A stretch of DNA of 64,000 nt from Octopus vulgaris (lineage: Eukaryota), in NCBI GenBank assembly GCA_951406725.2, contig OX597833.1, positions 41,292,001 to 41,356,000 of the forward strand, read 5' to 3'. Below are positions 27,875-42,312 of this stretch, one piece after another (position 1 is the first letter of the stretch; every line of letters begins with the position of its first letter). A program made the translations under genes and the position numbers. Below the pieces are notes generated by a model, which worked only from the letters and a program-made list of their open reading frames with translations, had not been told where the DNA came from and did not search any database.

Positions 27875-28228
27875 CCGTGTGTGTTGTGCTTAAAAGCTTG
27901 TTTATATTCTCGAATGTGATAAAGTGTTCAATTAGATTATTATCCTGCTTCCAGCTTCAGTGTTGCTGCTAGGATTTGAAAAATAGGGCACATCTCCTCC
28001 CCTTATTTTGTGATTTAGGTGTGTGTGTGTGTGGGGGGAAACAAGGGGGAATTCGCGGCCGTGTTCAGTAAACAAATTAAACACAGTACCTAGCAGTGGC
28101 TAAAACGCGAACCGTTCAAGTATAAATTTTCTTTTTATATGTTTGTTTCCTTCTACACAATATTAAAACAACGGCTAAAATTTTTCTGAAGCACCACTCC
28201 CAGTAATTTTATCTACGAGCCGCCACTG
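27875..28228 (-). mobile_element. hAT-like element terminus (copy 1)
   Basis: Reverse complement of 63627-63990; ends ..CTACGAGCCGCCACTG (CAGTGGCGGCTC terminus). Confidence 0.65.
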
Positions 28229-28406
28229 CCGAAATGTGAATGTTCAATCCTTATTTGTCAGACTAACCCTGGCGTATCTTGATGAAACGAAACGCACATT
28301 TAAATAATTTTGAATTTAATATTCAACGGAAATGACGATTCCAATTTACCATATATATCGGTGTATAAGACGTGATTTATTATCATTAGTTGTAGTATTC
28401 TTACGT

Positions 28407-28755
28407 GGAGGCGCAATGGCCTAGTGGTTAGGGCTGTGGGCTCGCGGTCTTAGGATCGCGCTTTCATTTCCCATGTTTATTGGGATGTTTATTGGGCGAA
28501 AACACCTAAAGCTCCACGAGCTCCGGCAGGTAAACCCTGCTGTATTCTTTTACCACAACTTTCTCTCACTTTGTCTTCCTGTTTCTGTTGTACCTGTATT
28601 CCAAAGGGCCAGCTTTGTCATACTCTGTGTCACGCTGAATCTCCCCGAGTCAATATGTGGAGTGTATAGCCACTTGCACGTTAATTTCACGAGTAAGGCT
28701 GTTCCGTTGATCGGATCAACTGGAACACTCGTCGTCGTAACCGACGGAGTGCCAT
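28407..28755 (+). mobile_element. tRNA-headed SINE family D
   Basis: Head GGAGGCGCAATGGCCTAGTGGTTAGGGC and tail ..CGTAACCGACGGAGTGCCA; related copies at about 40350-40635, 45608-45840 and 45938-46260. Confidence 0.75.
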
Positions 28756-29599
28756 TCATTAGTATTCTTAAATGTGATTCGGAATATATTTGTTTTTAGT
28801 TTTGTTTTTTTCCACAAAATATACTTTCTTTTACAAGAATTTAGTGGGGTTTGTCTTATGCAAGAATACGTCTTATACATCGACAAATATGGTATACAAA
28901 AATCTATAGCCTTTATTATGTGGTATGGGACATCAAGGTACAGATGTTCCGAAATTCCGCCGATATTGCATTATTCTATTATGTTGTTCTCACAACATTG
29001 TTTTGATTGCCAAATATCTCTTTGACCTTCTCAATTAATTTCCCATTGGATCTGGTTTACTTCATAAACGGTACTAAGCACTATTTTTGTTGCCAAGCAT
29101 GTTTTAATGCTATGTGTACGTAGTGGCCAAATTATAAAAATTTAGCCAAACTTTGTTACACTCCTGTCATATTTTGTACATCCTGCCTCTTAATTTGCAT
29201 CCAAAAAAGAATGTATATTATTGATACACACTGCTATAGGTGTGTACCAATCATCACGAATTAATCATCTCAAACTGTAGCACCATCACCCTGTGTCCAT
29301 TCTAATGCAGCAATAAGATTCTCCACCCTTCTGATATTGATTTCAAATATTGGCATAAGGCCAGCAGGTTTGGGTGAAGAGTAAGTCGATTACATCATCT
29401 GCAGTGATTAACTGGTCCTTATTTTATCAACCCCGAAAAGATAAAAGGCAAAAGTCGACCTCGGCGGAATTTGAACCCAAAACGTAAAGATAGACGAAAT
29501 GCCGCTAATCATTTTGCCCGGGGTGGGAACGAATCTGCCAAGTCGTCGCCCTAATATTATATCATATCACCTTCATATATTAGTCATTTCAATTAAACT

Positions 29600-29837
29600 G
29601 TACCTATTTCTTTACTACCCACAAGGGGCTAAACACAGAGAGGACAAACAAGGACAGACAAACGGATTAAGTCGATTATATCAACCCCAGTGCGTAACTG
29701 GTACTTAATTTATCGACCCCGAAAGGATGAAAGGCACAGTCGACCTCGGTGGAATTTGAACTCAGAACGTAACGGCGGATGAAATACCGCCAAGCATTTC
29801 GCCCGGCGTGCTAACGTTTCTGCCACCTCGCCGCCTT
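29600..29837 (-). mobile_element. tRNA-headed SINE family A (GCCTTTCATCCTTTCGGGGTCGATAAA core)
   Basis: Copies at about 1-137, 9015-9185, 14130-14522, 15990-16215, 17060-17230, 19700-19890, 22770-22990, 37575-38030, 40155-40335, 47489-47903 and 53735-53940. Confidence 0.88.
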
Positions 29838-30328
29838 AAACTGTACCATCATCATCCTGTGTCCGTTCTATTGCGACAATAAGATATCAATCACTCTATC
29901 ACCTTCACCATCTTGGAACATCCGTCTCCCCACTCCCAGCTCTTTCTTACACCATTTCTCGTTTCTACAACCTTCGACTTAGTTTTCTACGTAATATTCG
30001 ACCCCGACACTGCATCACACACCCACGGTACCTCTGTAATCGTTAATAACCTTGAAGTGTTCGCAGTGAACATTAACCTTTGCAAGCTAAACTGAATGGC
30101 TGAAGAGGCCTGAGACACGCCCCTCTTTTCTGCTGCGTGCTAATAATTTTCTTATTAAATGTATGTATGTATGTATGTATGTATGCATGTATGCATGTAT
30201 GCATGTGTGTGAGAGAGAGGCGGAGAAGATAGCGTGTAGATGTCCCTGTAAGTGTATGTATATGTATGTAGGTGTTTTATATATATATATGTGTGTGTGT
30301 ATGTGTGTGTGTGTAGGTGATACTTCGT

Positions 30329-30364
<36 letters not shown>

Positions 30365-30590
30365 ACGTGTAACTTTGGAATCTGTTTCTGCCATCAAATA
30401 TATAGTATGAATATAATTGTAAATAATAGACGATAGAAAGAAAAATGAAATTTACTGCTGCATTTGACGTGGCTTAGAAATTAAATGTCAGTCACATCAC
30501 CACTACAGCGAAATTAACTAGTGCTACTTATTGTCACTAGTTATGTTAAAGGTAACGTCTATAATAACGACACCGGTTAGTGAAGACAGC

Positions 30591-30674
30591 ATGGCAGATC
30601 TACCATCACATGGTTGTCGGCAACCTTCTACCGAATCATCGCGCGGTATAAAAGTCGGTTCTCGAAAAAGTCAA
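30591..30674 (+). CDS. HMBS: Hydroxymethylbilane synthase (porphobilinogen deaminase), coding exon 1
   Basis: ATG..MADLPSHGCRQPSTESSRGIKVGSRKSQ then a GTAAGA donor. KVGSRKSQ matches the HMBS RVGTRKSQ motif; 84 nt, ends in phase 0. Confidence 0.9.
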
Positions 30675-33600
30675 GTAAGAAACATTCTCTTTCTTTTGTA
30701 AATAGACATTATCCCCAACCTTGACATTTTTTTTTCAGATATTTAATTCAAAGTTCTAGTTTGCCGGTCTAGTAAATTAGTTGGTGACATCTCTGATTTC
30801 TAACTCATACAAACACGCGTATCTTCTCTTTTTCTGTGTGTAACATTATAATTATCGCTATAAAGTTGAAAGGAAATTTTATAAAGTACTAACTTCGCTA
30901 TTATTGTATATTTTCTTTTATTTGTAAGCTGAGATTGAATTTTCTATCATATTTAACTTTCGGGGCCGGCCTATAAAAAAGTCTTTAAAGTATGCGAAGT
31001 ATCTATTGGCCGGTGATTCTACTTAAGTGATCATTTCACACTAGGTCGATAATATCGATTTTCGATATGGGTAGATATTTTCTCGATCACAGAGGCTGAA
31101 AGTCAAGTTCGTTTCTGCTGTTGATTGAATCCAGTGAAAAACATATGCATAGCTTTTGATAATCTTCTGTATTTCGATATCAACATTTTAACCAGTGCAC
31201 AGAATTAAATTTCTGCAACCGCTATATGATCGACCACAAGCTGTCATATAACTTTTGTGTGTGTTCTTTTTTTAATTTAATATACCAAATATATAAATAA
31301 AATAGCACCCCAATGCAAATTAAACTCGTTAATTTCGTTTTTATTTATTTTTTATAATTCTAATTAAGTTTCAAAAACTCAAGGACCACCTAATTTTCGG
31401 TAATAACCTGCCGATGCATGTTTAACTTTTATTCTGTCTAATCTTATCACTAACTTGACTAGGCTTTCCCATTTTAACTTGGTATCATTGATTATCTTCT
31501 CGAGTAGATTGCAGTGTTGCATTGATAAGGTTAAAATATAATCAGCAAGTATTTAGTAAGACAAGCTTCTCTGTTATCTTGATATGTTTTCTTTTAAGAA
31601 ATCTGGTTATTTTAAAAGTTGTTTTGTCCTGCAGTCATTTCGTTACTACAGGTGTCTCCGGTTTATTTAATGATGGGGAAATGTGATGTCTTATTCATAC
31701 CTTTTCCCCGATGGCTTTGGTTTGTGTAAGCAAAGATAGGTTGTTATCTCGGAATTGCCAACCTCTATATAAACAATGGCTTAAGCAGCAGGCTTTTATT
31801 TGTTTCAGTCATTGAAATGCAGCCATGCTAGGGCATCGCCTTCACAAGTTTTAGTCGAACAAATCGACCCCAGTACTTGTGGGGTTTTTTTTTTTTTTTT
31901 TTTTTTGTATTCTTTCTTTTTAACTCTAGTACTTATTCTGTCGCTCATTTTGGCCGAACCGATAAACCACGAGATGTAAACATGCCAATGCCGGTTGTCA
32001 ATTAGTGGAGAGGGGTGACACCCACATAAACATATGATGAACTTCTACGCAGTTTCTGTCTAACAAATTTGCTCACAATGCATTGCTTGGCATAGAAGAC
32101 ACTATCCCAAAGTGCCCTGCAGTGGGACTGAACCTGAAGCTACATACTTCCAAAGCAAGCTTCTTAACCACACAACCATGCCTAGTTTTATACACGTAAT
32201 ATGGTGAATTGAAAAAAGTTCGGTGAACTCCCTCTAGTAGTGGTTAGGAACTCAAAACAAACGAGAGATAACTCTAGTAAGATCAGTTGAACACTATCAC
32301 TACAACAATTACCTTCGATTCTCCCCTCATTTACCATTCACTACATTCAACCCTACCCAACCATCTCAACATTCACCCCTGTCTCCTCTCTAATAATTTC
32401 TCACTCTACCCTCACACTCTTGCAACCTGTACCCATCCACCCTTCCTAATCTTCTGTACACACTCTCTATCTCTATTCCCCTTGAAAATATGGTCTGATA
32501 CTTCGTCACTTCTATCTTTATCTCTTTCCAGCTCCATCCTAATTACTTCAATAGGAAGGGCATCAATTGTGCAAAAGTAGACATTGGAGCTGGATGCAGT
32601 CCTCCAACCTTGTTGGACCCCGTTAAACTGTCCAATCCATGCCTGCATGAATATACTGAAATGTAGTTTCTGATGTAGAGAAAGATGAGATTGTGTAGGC
32701 AGAATTCCATTCAGTGTACTTGATGTAAACTATAAACACAAACAAATGTGTAGTGAGATGATGAGCAGGCTGGCAGGAAGATTAGATTTTATATGTACCA
32801 GATGATTAGGAACACTCATGAAATAGATTCTCTTAAATGCTTTCACAATTCCCTAGAAGTAGTTAATGGCTTTGTAAGAGACCATGCAACGTGAAGTGAC
32901 AAGAATGGCTCTTTTGTACCACATCACACACGGTTAATATCTAGATCTGCACCCGGTAGGAAAAATGGAAACGAAAATGTGTAACAGTTGTAATGCACCG
33001 TATATTAAAGAAATAATCCAGAAATAAAATTTGACTGTTCACCTTTTAAAACCTCTAATTTTAAAGTAGGCTGTGTGACATGGTTGGTTGAGACAGTTAA
33101 TACTTCTCAATTGCACTAAATTTTCCTGCTCAAAAAAAAAACTATGAAACCTAACAGCTTTTAATGTTCTACATTCAACCCCACTGTGCAGCCCCTTTGG
33201 TAAATGTCTCCTTCCATACATCACATTAATACAAGCTTTGTGAGTAAAATTTGATAGACTGAAACTGTGGAAACTCATTAAAGAGATTGTTTCTGTTCTT
33301 GGGTGGTAGACTTAACCCTTTCATTACCATATTTCTGTTGAAATACTCTTTTACTTGTTTCTGTCATTTGACTGCGGCCATGCTGGAGCACCGCCTTTAG
33401 TTGAGCAAATCGACCCCAGGACTTATTCTTTGTAAGCCTAGTACTTATTCTATCGGTCACTTTTGTCGAACCGCTTAGTTACGGGGACGTAAACACACCA
33501 GCATTGGTTGTCAAATGATGCTGGGGCAACAAACACAGACACACAAACATATATATATATATATAGGCATATATACGACGGGCTTCTTTCAGTTTCTGTC

Positions 33601-34075
33601 TACCAAATCCACTTACAAGGCTTTGGTCGGCCCGAGGCTATAGTAGAAGACGCTTGCCCCTGGTACCACATAGTGGGACTGAACCCAGAACCATGTGGCT
33701 GGTAAGCAAGCTACTTACCACACAGCCACTCAGAATTTGAACTGACATTATTTCTGAGTCCTCATTAAATCAGCTTGGTGAAGAATCTAGAGTAGTTGTT
33801 GACCTAGTGGTGACCTCACCAAAAGTTGGTCAGATGACAGCAACCTTGTTCAGTTAGAAATTTACTAAACATACGTGCAATCTACTTAATCACTCTGTAG
33901 AATTATTTACACAACTTATGTTATAGATCAGTTGTAAGTGGCTTGCTTACCAACTACATGGTTCCGGGTTCAGTCCCACTGCATGGCACCTTGAGCAAGT
34001 TTCTTCTTCTATAACCTTGGGCCGACCAAAGCCTTGTGAGTGGATTTGGTAGACGGAAACTGAAAGAAGCCTGTC

Positions 34076-34112
<37 letters not shown>

Positions 34113-35781
34113 GCCATCTAGTCTGGTGCAACCATGTGGTTTGCCAGACCTCAGTCAAATCGTCCAACCCATGCTAGCATGGAAAGCGGATGTTAAACGA
34201 TGATGATGATGATGATGATATATATATATATATATATATATAAAATAAGTACTAGGTGTACAAAGAATAAGTCCTGGGATTGATTTGTTTGGTTAAAGGT
34301 GGTGCCCCAGCATGGCTGCAGTCAAATGACTGAAACAAATAAAAGAATATGTGTGTGTGTGTAGGTATATAGTTGTATGTATGTGTTTATTATACATGTG
34401 TGTATATATCTTGTATATACTGTGTGTGTCTGTGTGATTATATTTAACACAGTGATGAATTTTCAGTATGCTGATCCCTATAATAAAATGAATGTGAACC
34501 ATTTTATAAATAAATGTCAGTGTCACACAATCTATATATTCAAATGACAGCACACAGGGTTTATGGATTCTGTTCTGAAATGTGTTTGTGTGGCAATGGG
34601 AAAAGTAGAAGGAGTTAAATACTATTGTCTAATTTCAACAAGCCTGCTGAACTTTCACTTTGTTTGCTAAAAGCAAAGAACACCACCACTGCCACCTTCA
34701 CTGTAAATAAAGAAGAGAACAAGTTCAAACAAAACCTCTATGTGTTCACACTGCTTGCTACAGATAGCCAGCAATCAAATCTCTATGAAACCATACCCTA
34801 CTGTCATGAAAAAAGAGGATCCTATTGAATAATATATTCCGAGATAAGATACAATGTAGCTGAAGGAAAATATCTCTGAAAAGCTGTTCGGGACTGTAGA
34901 TTGAAGGAATTCTTAGGACATCAAGCAATTGTGCCTTATGGTATCTATCCTGGCTCTTTGCATTTTGAATTTAAAATTCCACCTCTGTCACTAGCTTTCA
35001 GGTTGAAAGACATGGGTCCTCCAGGACCCTGTTAGCTATGATAGGACTCTAATATGTGTCCTATGATGTGCCTATGGTAACAGCTGTTCAGTTGCATCAA
35101 TAACAGAACCAGGCCTTGTACTTTTTCTTTTTCTTTATTTTTTTTGTTTGAAGAAATGAAAATTCTTTATTTTATTAGAACATTGAAATACAAAGAAACA
35201 GGAAAGAAGAGAGATAAGAAAGAAAAGGAAAGAAATTGGTGGGGGGAGTAAAGTAGCAGAAGATAGAGGGGGAGTGATAGGCCACATGTTCGTGAGGTTG
35301 TGAGTTCGAATCCTGGACCGGGCTGCATGTTGTGTTCTTGAGCAAGACACTTTTTTTTCACTTTGCTCCAGTTCACTCAACTGTAGAAATGAGTTGCAAT
35401 GTCACAGGTGGCATGGAGAGTGGAGGCCGGTATGCATGGGTGACTGCTGGTCTTCCATAAACAACCTTGCCCGGACTTGTGCCTGGGAGGGTAACTTTCT
35501 AGGTGCAATCCCATGGTCAGTGTCGTGACCAAAGGGGGTCTCAATCTTGTAGTTATGAGATTTTGATGATGTGATTTGTCTATTTTTAGAATAACATTGC
35601 AGATACAAAATGTGAGAAGCCAGATTTGACCAGTTTGAACATAAAAATAGGTAGAATATTTGGGTCGGATATGACTGGTTTAAATGCTAATGGTTTGATT
35701 GGTCATGATGATGATGATGAAGATTTTAACTCTAGAGAAACCACATGTCCAGAATACTCCACTGCAACCCATACTGCTTCA

Positions 35782-36130
35782 TCTATTATATAAAATCCGT
35801 TCTGTCTATCTGTGTATGTGTCTTCTAGGATCTCGGGCATTCTCCATCCAATTGCGCTCAAATTTGATATGTAGATACCGACAGTATCAGGGCGTGTATA
35901 AGTCTTGAAAAAATTACAAAAATCGATTCCAGGTGAGAATGCGATCGATAAAGCATTATTTGGAATAGAAAAACAGTCTATCGATATTTCTTCTTTTGCT
36001 GGTGTCTCAAATTTAGGTTAAATCAGTGTTTCTCAAAGGGGAGGCCTATGGGACGGTCGGACAAGTTGTTTTGAGAAAATTTGGTTCAAATGTTTGACAA
36101 CTCAGCACCGTCCATTGGACGGTGGGTGTT
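35782..36130 (+). mobile_element. Helitron-like 5' end fragment
   Basis: A|TCTATTATATAAAA start followed by a CTGT-rich tract; hairpin CACCGTCCA..TGGACGGTG at about 36106-36124; 3' end unclear. Confidence 0.45.
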
Positions 36131-36173
36131 TTGCTCTTTAGATATATATTTAGAGAGAGAGACATACACACTT

Positions 36174-36220
<47 letters not shown>

Positions 36221-36908
36221 CTTCTTTTATTGGTGATTAAATTTGTACAATCAATTAATTAGGAACCCTCTAATTAATTGTTTAGTAACTTAGAAATGAG
36301 GTCACACTAAATTAATATATGGTAAATAAATTATTAATATGGCAAATTTCTGTACCATAACAGAGAAAGCTGCTTATTAATTAGTTTGTGTTATTAATTA
36401 TGTAGTAAATACTTCAGTTAAATAATTATCTCTTGATATGTGTGCAGGTCCCACCTATGTATGCAGCGCGTGATAATACCCCTACCACACCCTGGATATA
36501 ACACTCTAATTGGGTATATATGTGAATGTGGATTAAATATGTTTGTATGTAGTCTCTTGTTTAATTGGTGACCAAACTTCTGACATTTTTCTATACAGTT
36601 GACAGACATGTCTAGAGCATCAGACATCTGAGCCACTGCTGTTTTAGCCTTTATCTGTAAGCCCCCCACCCCCACCCCACATCATCACCTGCTGTATATT
36701 AAAGGTGGCCTACAAACAGTTCACTGTCTTGCTATTCATGTTTTTTTTACTGGTAATTGCCATGCATAGTTGTGTTATATATTTACAATATTGTTTATTG
36801 TTTTGCAACGATAACTCTTACCTGTTAGTTGCATGATTTGGCTGGCTGGCTGGCTGGCTAGCTGGCTGGTTCAGTTTTGTGAAGTGGTTTGGCTGCCAGT
36901 CGTTCATT

Positions 36909-36940
<32 letters not shown>

Positions 36941-38559
36941 GCAATTATTGAGTGGTGGCATCATTGTTACAGATTTTCAACAAACAGGGTATTCACTGGT
37001 TCACTGCAGTGAAAGTAACAAGGGAGTGTCTGTAGCTATATACAGAACAAATTTCACAAAGGACTTCATTTGAATCCACCCCCCAGATATCTTCTTCTTC
37101 TTCTTAATAATAATAATAAAAGATGGGCTACAGCAAATATTCTGCTCAATACCACAGATTTGCTTGTCAGTTGTTTGACCTTAACCAGTTGAACATGTCC
37201 GAGCAGAAGTAGTGGGGGAGCATCATAGCCCTGTGTTGAGAGGAATTCTTTGGGGTTTGAATTATTCACCCTTGGAAATATGAGTGTTTCATTCAAAATC
37301 CTTAAACAACCCTTAATCAGGGACCTTTTGAGCAGGATGGGCTACTCAACCTGAAGAAAATTCTAACTGGGCCCCACCTGCAAAATCATGTGCTGTTTAT
37401 CTTGATATGAAATCATGTCGCGCACATGGTTGTGATGCATGTGCCTGGTGTACTCTTATCAGACGGGTGGTCATGGTGGGTATACTGGGCTTCGTATATT
37501 TGTGCCCCAGTGTTACTTTGGTGGCATGCACTGCTCTCTCACTCAATAATAATAATAGTAATAATAATAATTTCTACTATAGGCACAAGAGCCTGAAATT
37601 TCAGGGGAAGGGACTAGTTGATTACATCGACCCCAGTGCTCAGCTGGTACTTATTTTATCGAGCCCAAAAGGATAAATGGCAAAGTTGACCCCAGCAGAA
37701 TTTGAACTTAGAATGTAAAGATGGATGAAATGCTATTAAGCATTTTACCCAACATGTTAATGATTCTGCCAGCTCACTGCCTTAAAATGATACAAAATAA
37801 TAATAACAATAATAATCCGTTCTACTATAGGCACGAAGCCTGAAATTTTGGGGGAGGGGACTAGTCGATTACATCAACCCCTGTGTTTCACTGGTACTTA
37901 ATTTATTGACCCTGGAAGGATGAAAGGCAAAGTCAGCTTCGGCGGCATTTGAACTCAGAACATAAAGACGGATAAAATGCTGCTAAGCATTTTGCCCAGC
38001 ATGCTAATGATTCTGCCAGCTCACTGCCTTAAAATGATAATGATAATAATAATAACTTCTTATAATAAGCACAGAACCAGGAATTTGGTAGATGGGAACA
38101 GTTGATTAGATCAACTCCACTACTTAACAAGTTCTTGGTTTTATTGACCTCAGTAATATACTTCTTAACCCCACCCCTCCCCACCCTCCTCACTCAGTGC
38201 TTATTAGTTATTCATTTTATCAACCCTGGAAGGATGAGAGGAGGTAACGTTCACCTCAGCAAGATTCGAACTTGCAATATAGAGAGCCAGAAACAAATTC
38301 AATGTGTCTATGTGCAAGTATGAGTGGGAGTGTGTGTCTGTCTGTTTGTATGCGTGTGTGAGTCTGTCTGTCTATCTGTCTATGTGTGCATGTCTGTAGT
38401 GGGAAAGCTTCTGGTTTTGTACCTTAACATTCATAGGCTGAAAAGTTAAGTTATGAAGTGGGGGAGTACTTGTAGTTGTGTCCTTATCTCTGGCTCTTCC
38501 CCTCCCTAGCCTACTCAGTCATTTATTTATTGCTGTGATATTATTGTTTGTTATTCCAG

Positions 38560-38629
38560 CTTGCTCTCATCCAAACACAGACTGTGATTGATGCTCTGAA
38601 GGGGAAATGTGATGATGAAATCACAATAG
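38560..38629 (+). CDS. HMBS: HMBS exon 2
   Basis: ttccag|LALIQTQTVIDALKGKCDDEITI+G|gtatgt; matches LARIQT of HMBS; 70 nt. Confidence 0.93.
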
Positions 38630-39602
38630 GTATGTTATTTCTTTATGCAGTTGTCTCTACACACATATGCACACGCAAACACAGGTGTGATCTCACATAG
38701 GGAAACGCATATATACACACGCACATCCTCTTCATTTAGGCATACACATGTGATCTGTTAAGTAGATTGCCCAAACCTTTACACCTGTCTGACAAATGTG
38801 CAGTATGGTCCTCAAGTAAACAAAACAGGTCTATAACATACCCAGAGGTATGGATCAGTGAATGGGACCGAATTGCTTCAACAAATGTCAACTTGATTAA
38901 AACTAAAATAAAATAAATAAACGTGCCCTTTTAAAGCCTAGCCAGGCTCATGGGCCCGGTTCCCCAGTTTCTATGGCATATGTGTTCCCCAGCTGGACGG
39001 GATGCCAGCCCATCGCAGTATTACTTATTTTTGCTAGCTGAGTGGACTGGAGCAACGTGAAATGAAGTGTTTTGCTCAAGAACACAACACGTCGCCTGGT
39101 CCAGGAATCGAAACCACAATCTTAAGATCATGATGCTGACACCCTAACCACTAAGCCACGTGCCTCCACACACACACACACACACCCATATATACACACA
39201 TAAGTTGTAATAATGAAGTGAAACCAAATAGTGATATTTTGAAATCATTTAATATGTATGTTTTAGGTCTGTGTGATGTCAAACCTTCCTTAGTTAAACT
39301 ATTTCACTATATATATATATATATATATTACAGTAATGAAGATTTAATTTCCTCGTAAGGGATTATTTATAACAATCCAGATACCAACTTGTGTCATCAA
39401 ACATATTGAAAGAAAGTTCCACGATATCTGTATAAACAGTCCAATAATGTGTAAAGTTAATAAAAGAAAATGGAGAGTAAAATATTTATATATTGTTTGC
39501 ATTCTGAAAGGGCATTTTGTGTCAGCTTTTTTTTCTCTTTTGTTACACAAATACACACACATGCACATAATTATTTCTCTTCTTTTTCCATATATACCAT
39601 AG

Positions 39603-39652
39603 TGAAGAAAGATACTATAGGAGACAAAAATCTGGATAATCCCTTATATGCA
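39603..39652 (+). CDS. HMBS: HMBS exon 3
   Basis: catag|(V)KKDTIGDKNLDNPLYA|gtaagt; TxGDKxLD motif; 50 nt restores the frame. Confidence 0.93.
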
Positions 39653-40752
39653 GTAAGTTGACATTTTCAGTTCACCTTGTCTCCTTTGTTTCATAAATAC
39701 TTTCATAAATTTTGTTTTGTTTTATTGTGGACTTGCCTGGCAGACAATGCTACAGTTCCCCCCCCGTCCCTTATTCATAGTTAATCTATCACCATTATTT
39801 TCCTCACAATGTCTGTTATCAGTCTTTCAAATAGCCCTCATAAACATTGTCACTTATCTTGGTTTTCTCTGTCTATCACTGTACCTTAATTCTTGAGACA
39901 AATACAGGAGGAGGTGGGGGATATCACTGGAAAATTTGGGAGGGTGTTAAGAATGAGATATGGCAGTCATAAGATGTAGGGTGATCAGTGGAAAATAAAA
40001 TGGAAAGATATGGTATTGAGAATAAGAGATGGATGCTAAAAACGAATGATTCCAAGGAGAGAATGAAATAGGTTGTAATACAAAAGGGGGTGAAATATCT
40101 GCAGTTTTACAACTGTTGAGTGAAGGTGCATTGCTAATTGTTAGGGTATTCAATTTACGTTCGTCTGCCGTTATGTTCTGAGTTCAAATTCCGCCGAGGT
40201 CGACTTTGCCTTTCATCCTTTCGGGGTCGATAAATTAAGTACCAGTTACGCACTGGGGCCGATATAATCGACTTAATCCGTTTGTCTGTCCTTGTTGTCC
40301 CCTCTGTGTTTAGCCCCTTGTGGACAATAAAGGAATAAGTATTCACTTTATGATTGTATGGTCATGAGTTCAATTCCCAGCAGCGTGTTGGGTCCTGGAG
40401 CAAAATACTTTATTTCACTTTACTCCACTCCATTCAGTTGGTAAAAATGAGTTGTACCTGTATACCAAAGGGTCAGCCTTGTCACATTCTGTATCACATT
40501 GAATCTCCCTGAGAACTACATTAAGGGTACACATGTCTGTGGACTGCTCAGCCTCTTGCACATTAATTTCACAAGCAAGCTGTTCCATTGGTTGGATCAT
40601 CTTGATCACTTGTCATTGCAACCAATGAAATGCCAGTATTTTTCTACAGCAGCTGAATAGTGCCATAGTTAAGAGAGTGATGGAGAGATGTGAGTTAGGA
40701 AGGCTCAACCACAATTCTGTTTTTATATACATACCACACTTTTATACTTTTA

Positions 40753-41262
40753 CTAGCAGTATCGCCTGGCGTTGCTCGGGTTTGTAAGGGAAATAACTAT
40801 ATAAGCATTTTTAGAGAGTTACTTCCCTTATAGATGCCAATTCGGGCTTTCTTAGCCATTTCTGTTTTGGTGTCTTCAAGCCATGAAGTCGTTCTAAAAG
40901 AACGCTGGTCTCCTTGACAACGCTTTTCGACGTTGATTTCCTAACACTCCCTTCCCCACAGCTTCACGAGGGAGGGAAGAAGGGGGAGAAGCAAACAGGT
41001 GCAGGTGTGACCATGGACGCCAACTCCGCCGCCATCGACACACGAAAAATTATGCATTAAAATGGAATAAAAAATGATGTTAAATTATTTTTTAAATTGT
41101 AGACTCATCGTAGACGCGCGCTAATACTCAGACGGGCTCAATATGAATCACGACTATAAGATACCTGAATTTGGTTAAACTGCACCGCAAAATGTGGGAG
41201 TAGTTAGGAATCTAAATCGAAGGGGACAGACACTCACACAACTACAGTTTTATATATATAGA
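40753..41262 (-). mobile_element. Non-autonomous Helitron
   Basis: On the - strand it starts TCTATATATATAAAA after an A and ends with hairpin CCCGAGCAACGCCAGG ... CTAG before a T (A|T insertion site, no TSD). Confidence 0.75.
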
Positions 41263-41487
41263 TATACATGCCACTATTTTATATATTTCTATTCTGTTAT
41301 ACATACTCCACAATTATAATGTATTATATACACTCTAATTCTATATTATATATACACACACCACATTTCTATTTCATTACATTATAATCCAGTGTTTTCC
41401 CTTTTATTCTTATCTATTCTATTTCACTTTTTCTTTCCTTTTTGTTCCTCTCCACAATCATTAACTAACAATTTTCTCTTACTCCAG

Positions 41488-41621
41488 ATAGATTCCAAGA
41501 ACCTTTTCACCAAGGAACTCGAAGATGCTTTATTAAACGGAGATGTTGATTTTCTTGTTCATTCATTAAAAGACCTTCCTACTTGTCTTGATGATCGGTT
41601 TGTCGTGGCTGCTATCCTGAA
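41488..41621 (+). CDS. HMBS: HMBS exon 4
   Basis: ctccag|[44 protein letters not shown](K)|gtgagt; carries the LFTKELE and VHSLKDLP catalytic motifs; 134 nt. Confidence 0.97.
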
Positions 41622-42118
41622 GTGAGTTCTTTGTTATTGTAAAGTTTTATGGAATGATAGTTACATGAAATATTGAAATGATGCCTTTGGATTATTATAG
41701 TAATTTGCTGTGTACTTATAGTACATTGTGTATTGTTGTATAGTACAGTACATCATCATCATCATCATCTTTGAACATTTGTTCTCCTTGCTAGTTACAT
41801 GAAATATTGTTTTTGAGTTTTGGCACAAGGCCAGCAATTTCAAGGCAAGGGTAGTTTAATTAGATCAACTCCAGTAATCTACTGATACTTATTTTATCAT
41901 CTTTGAAAGGATTGGGATCTGGTTCGCCAGCCCTCAGTCAAATCGTCCAACCCATGCTAATATGGAAAGCGGGCGTTAATCGATTATGATGATGATGATG
42001 AATTTATTAAGTATCTTTAACATACAACTAATGTATGCTTTTGTTCTGATTGTACACATAATTTCCATTTGATTGTAATCCCTACCAAATTCATTTGATT
42101 TATTTTTTTATTTTTTAG

Positions 42119-42196
42119 ACGAGACAGTCCTTATGATGCCCTTGTTATGCACCGCTCTTCAGATTGCAAGGATCTGGCATTGCTACCTCCTGGAAG
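42119..42196 (+). CDS. HMBS: HMBS exon 5
   Basis: ttttag|RDSPYDALVMHRSSDCKDLALLPPG(S)|gtacat; RxxPxDA motif; 78 nt. Confidence 0.95.
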
Positions 42197-42312
42197 GTAC
42201 ATTTTCTTGTCAACTCTTTTCTTTTCCATTTACGAATACTTTTACTTCCAGTTTGTATATGATATTCATTGGTTAAGACTGCTTCTACCAATCACTCAAT
42301 CATTTTCTGTTT

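Noticed and set aside
30960-31260. Possible intronic snoRNA or second promoter in HMBS intron 1
   Set aside because: TATA/CCAAT-like words are present, but I could not establish C/D or H/ACA box architecture by eye.
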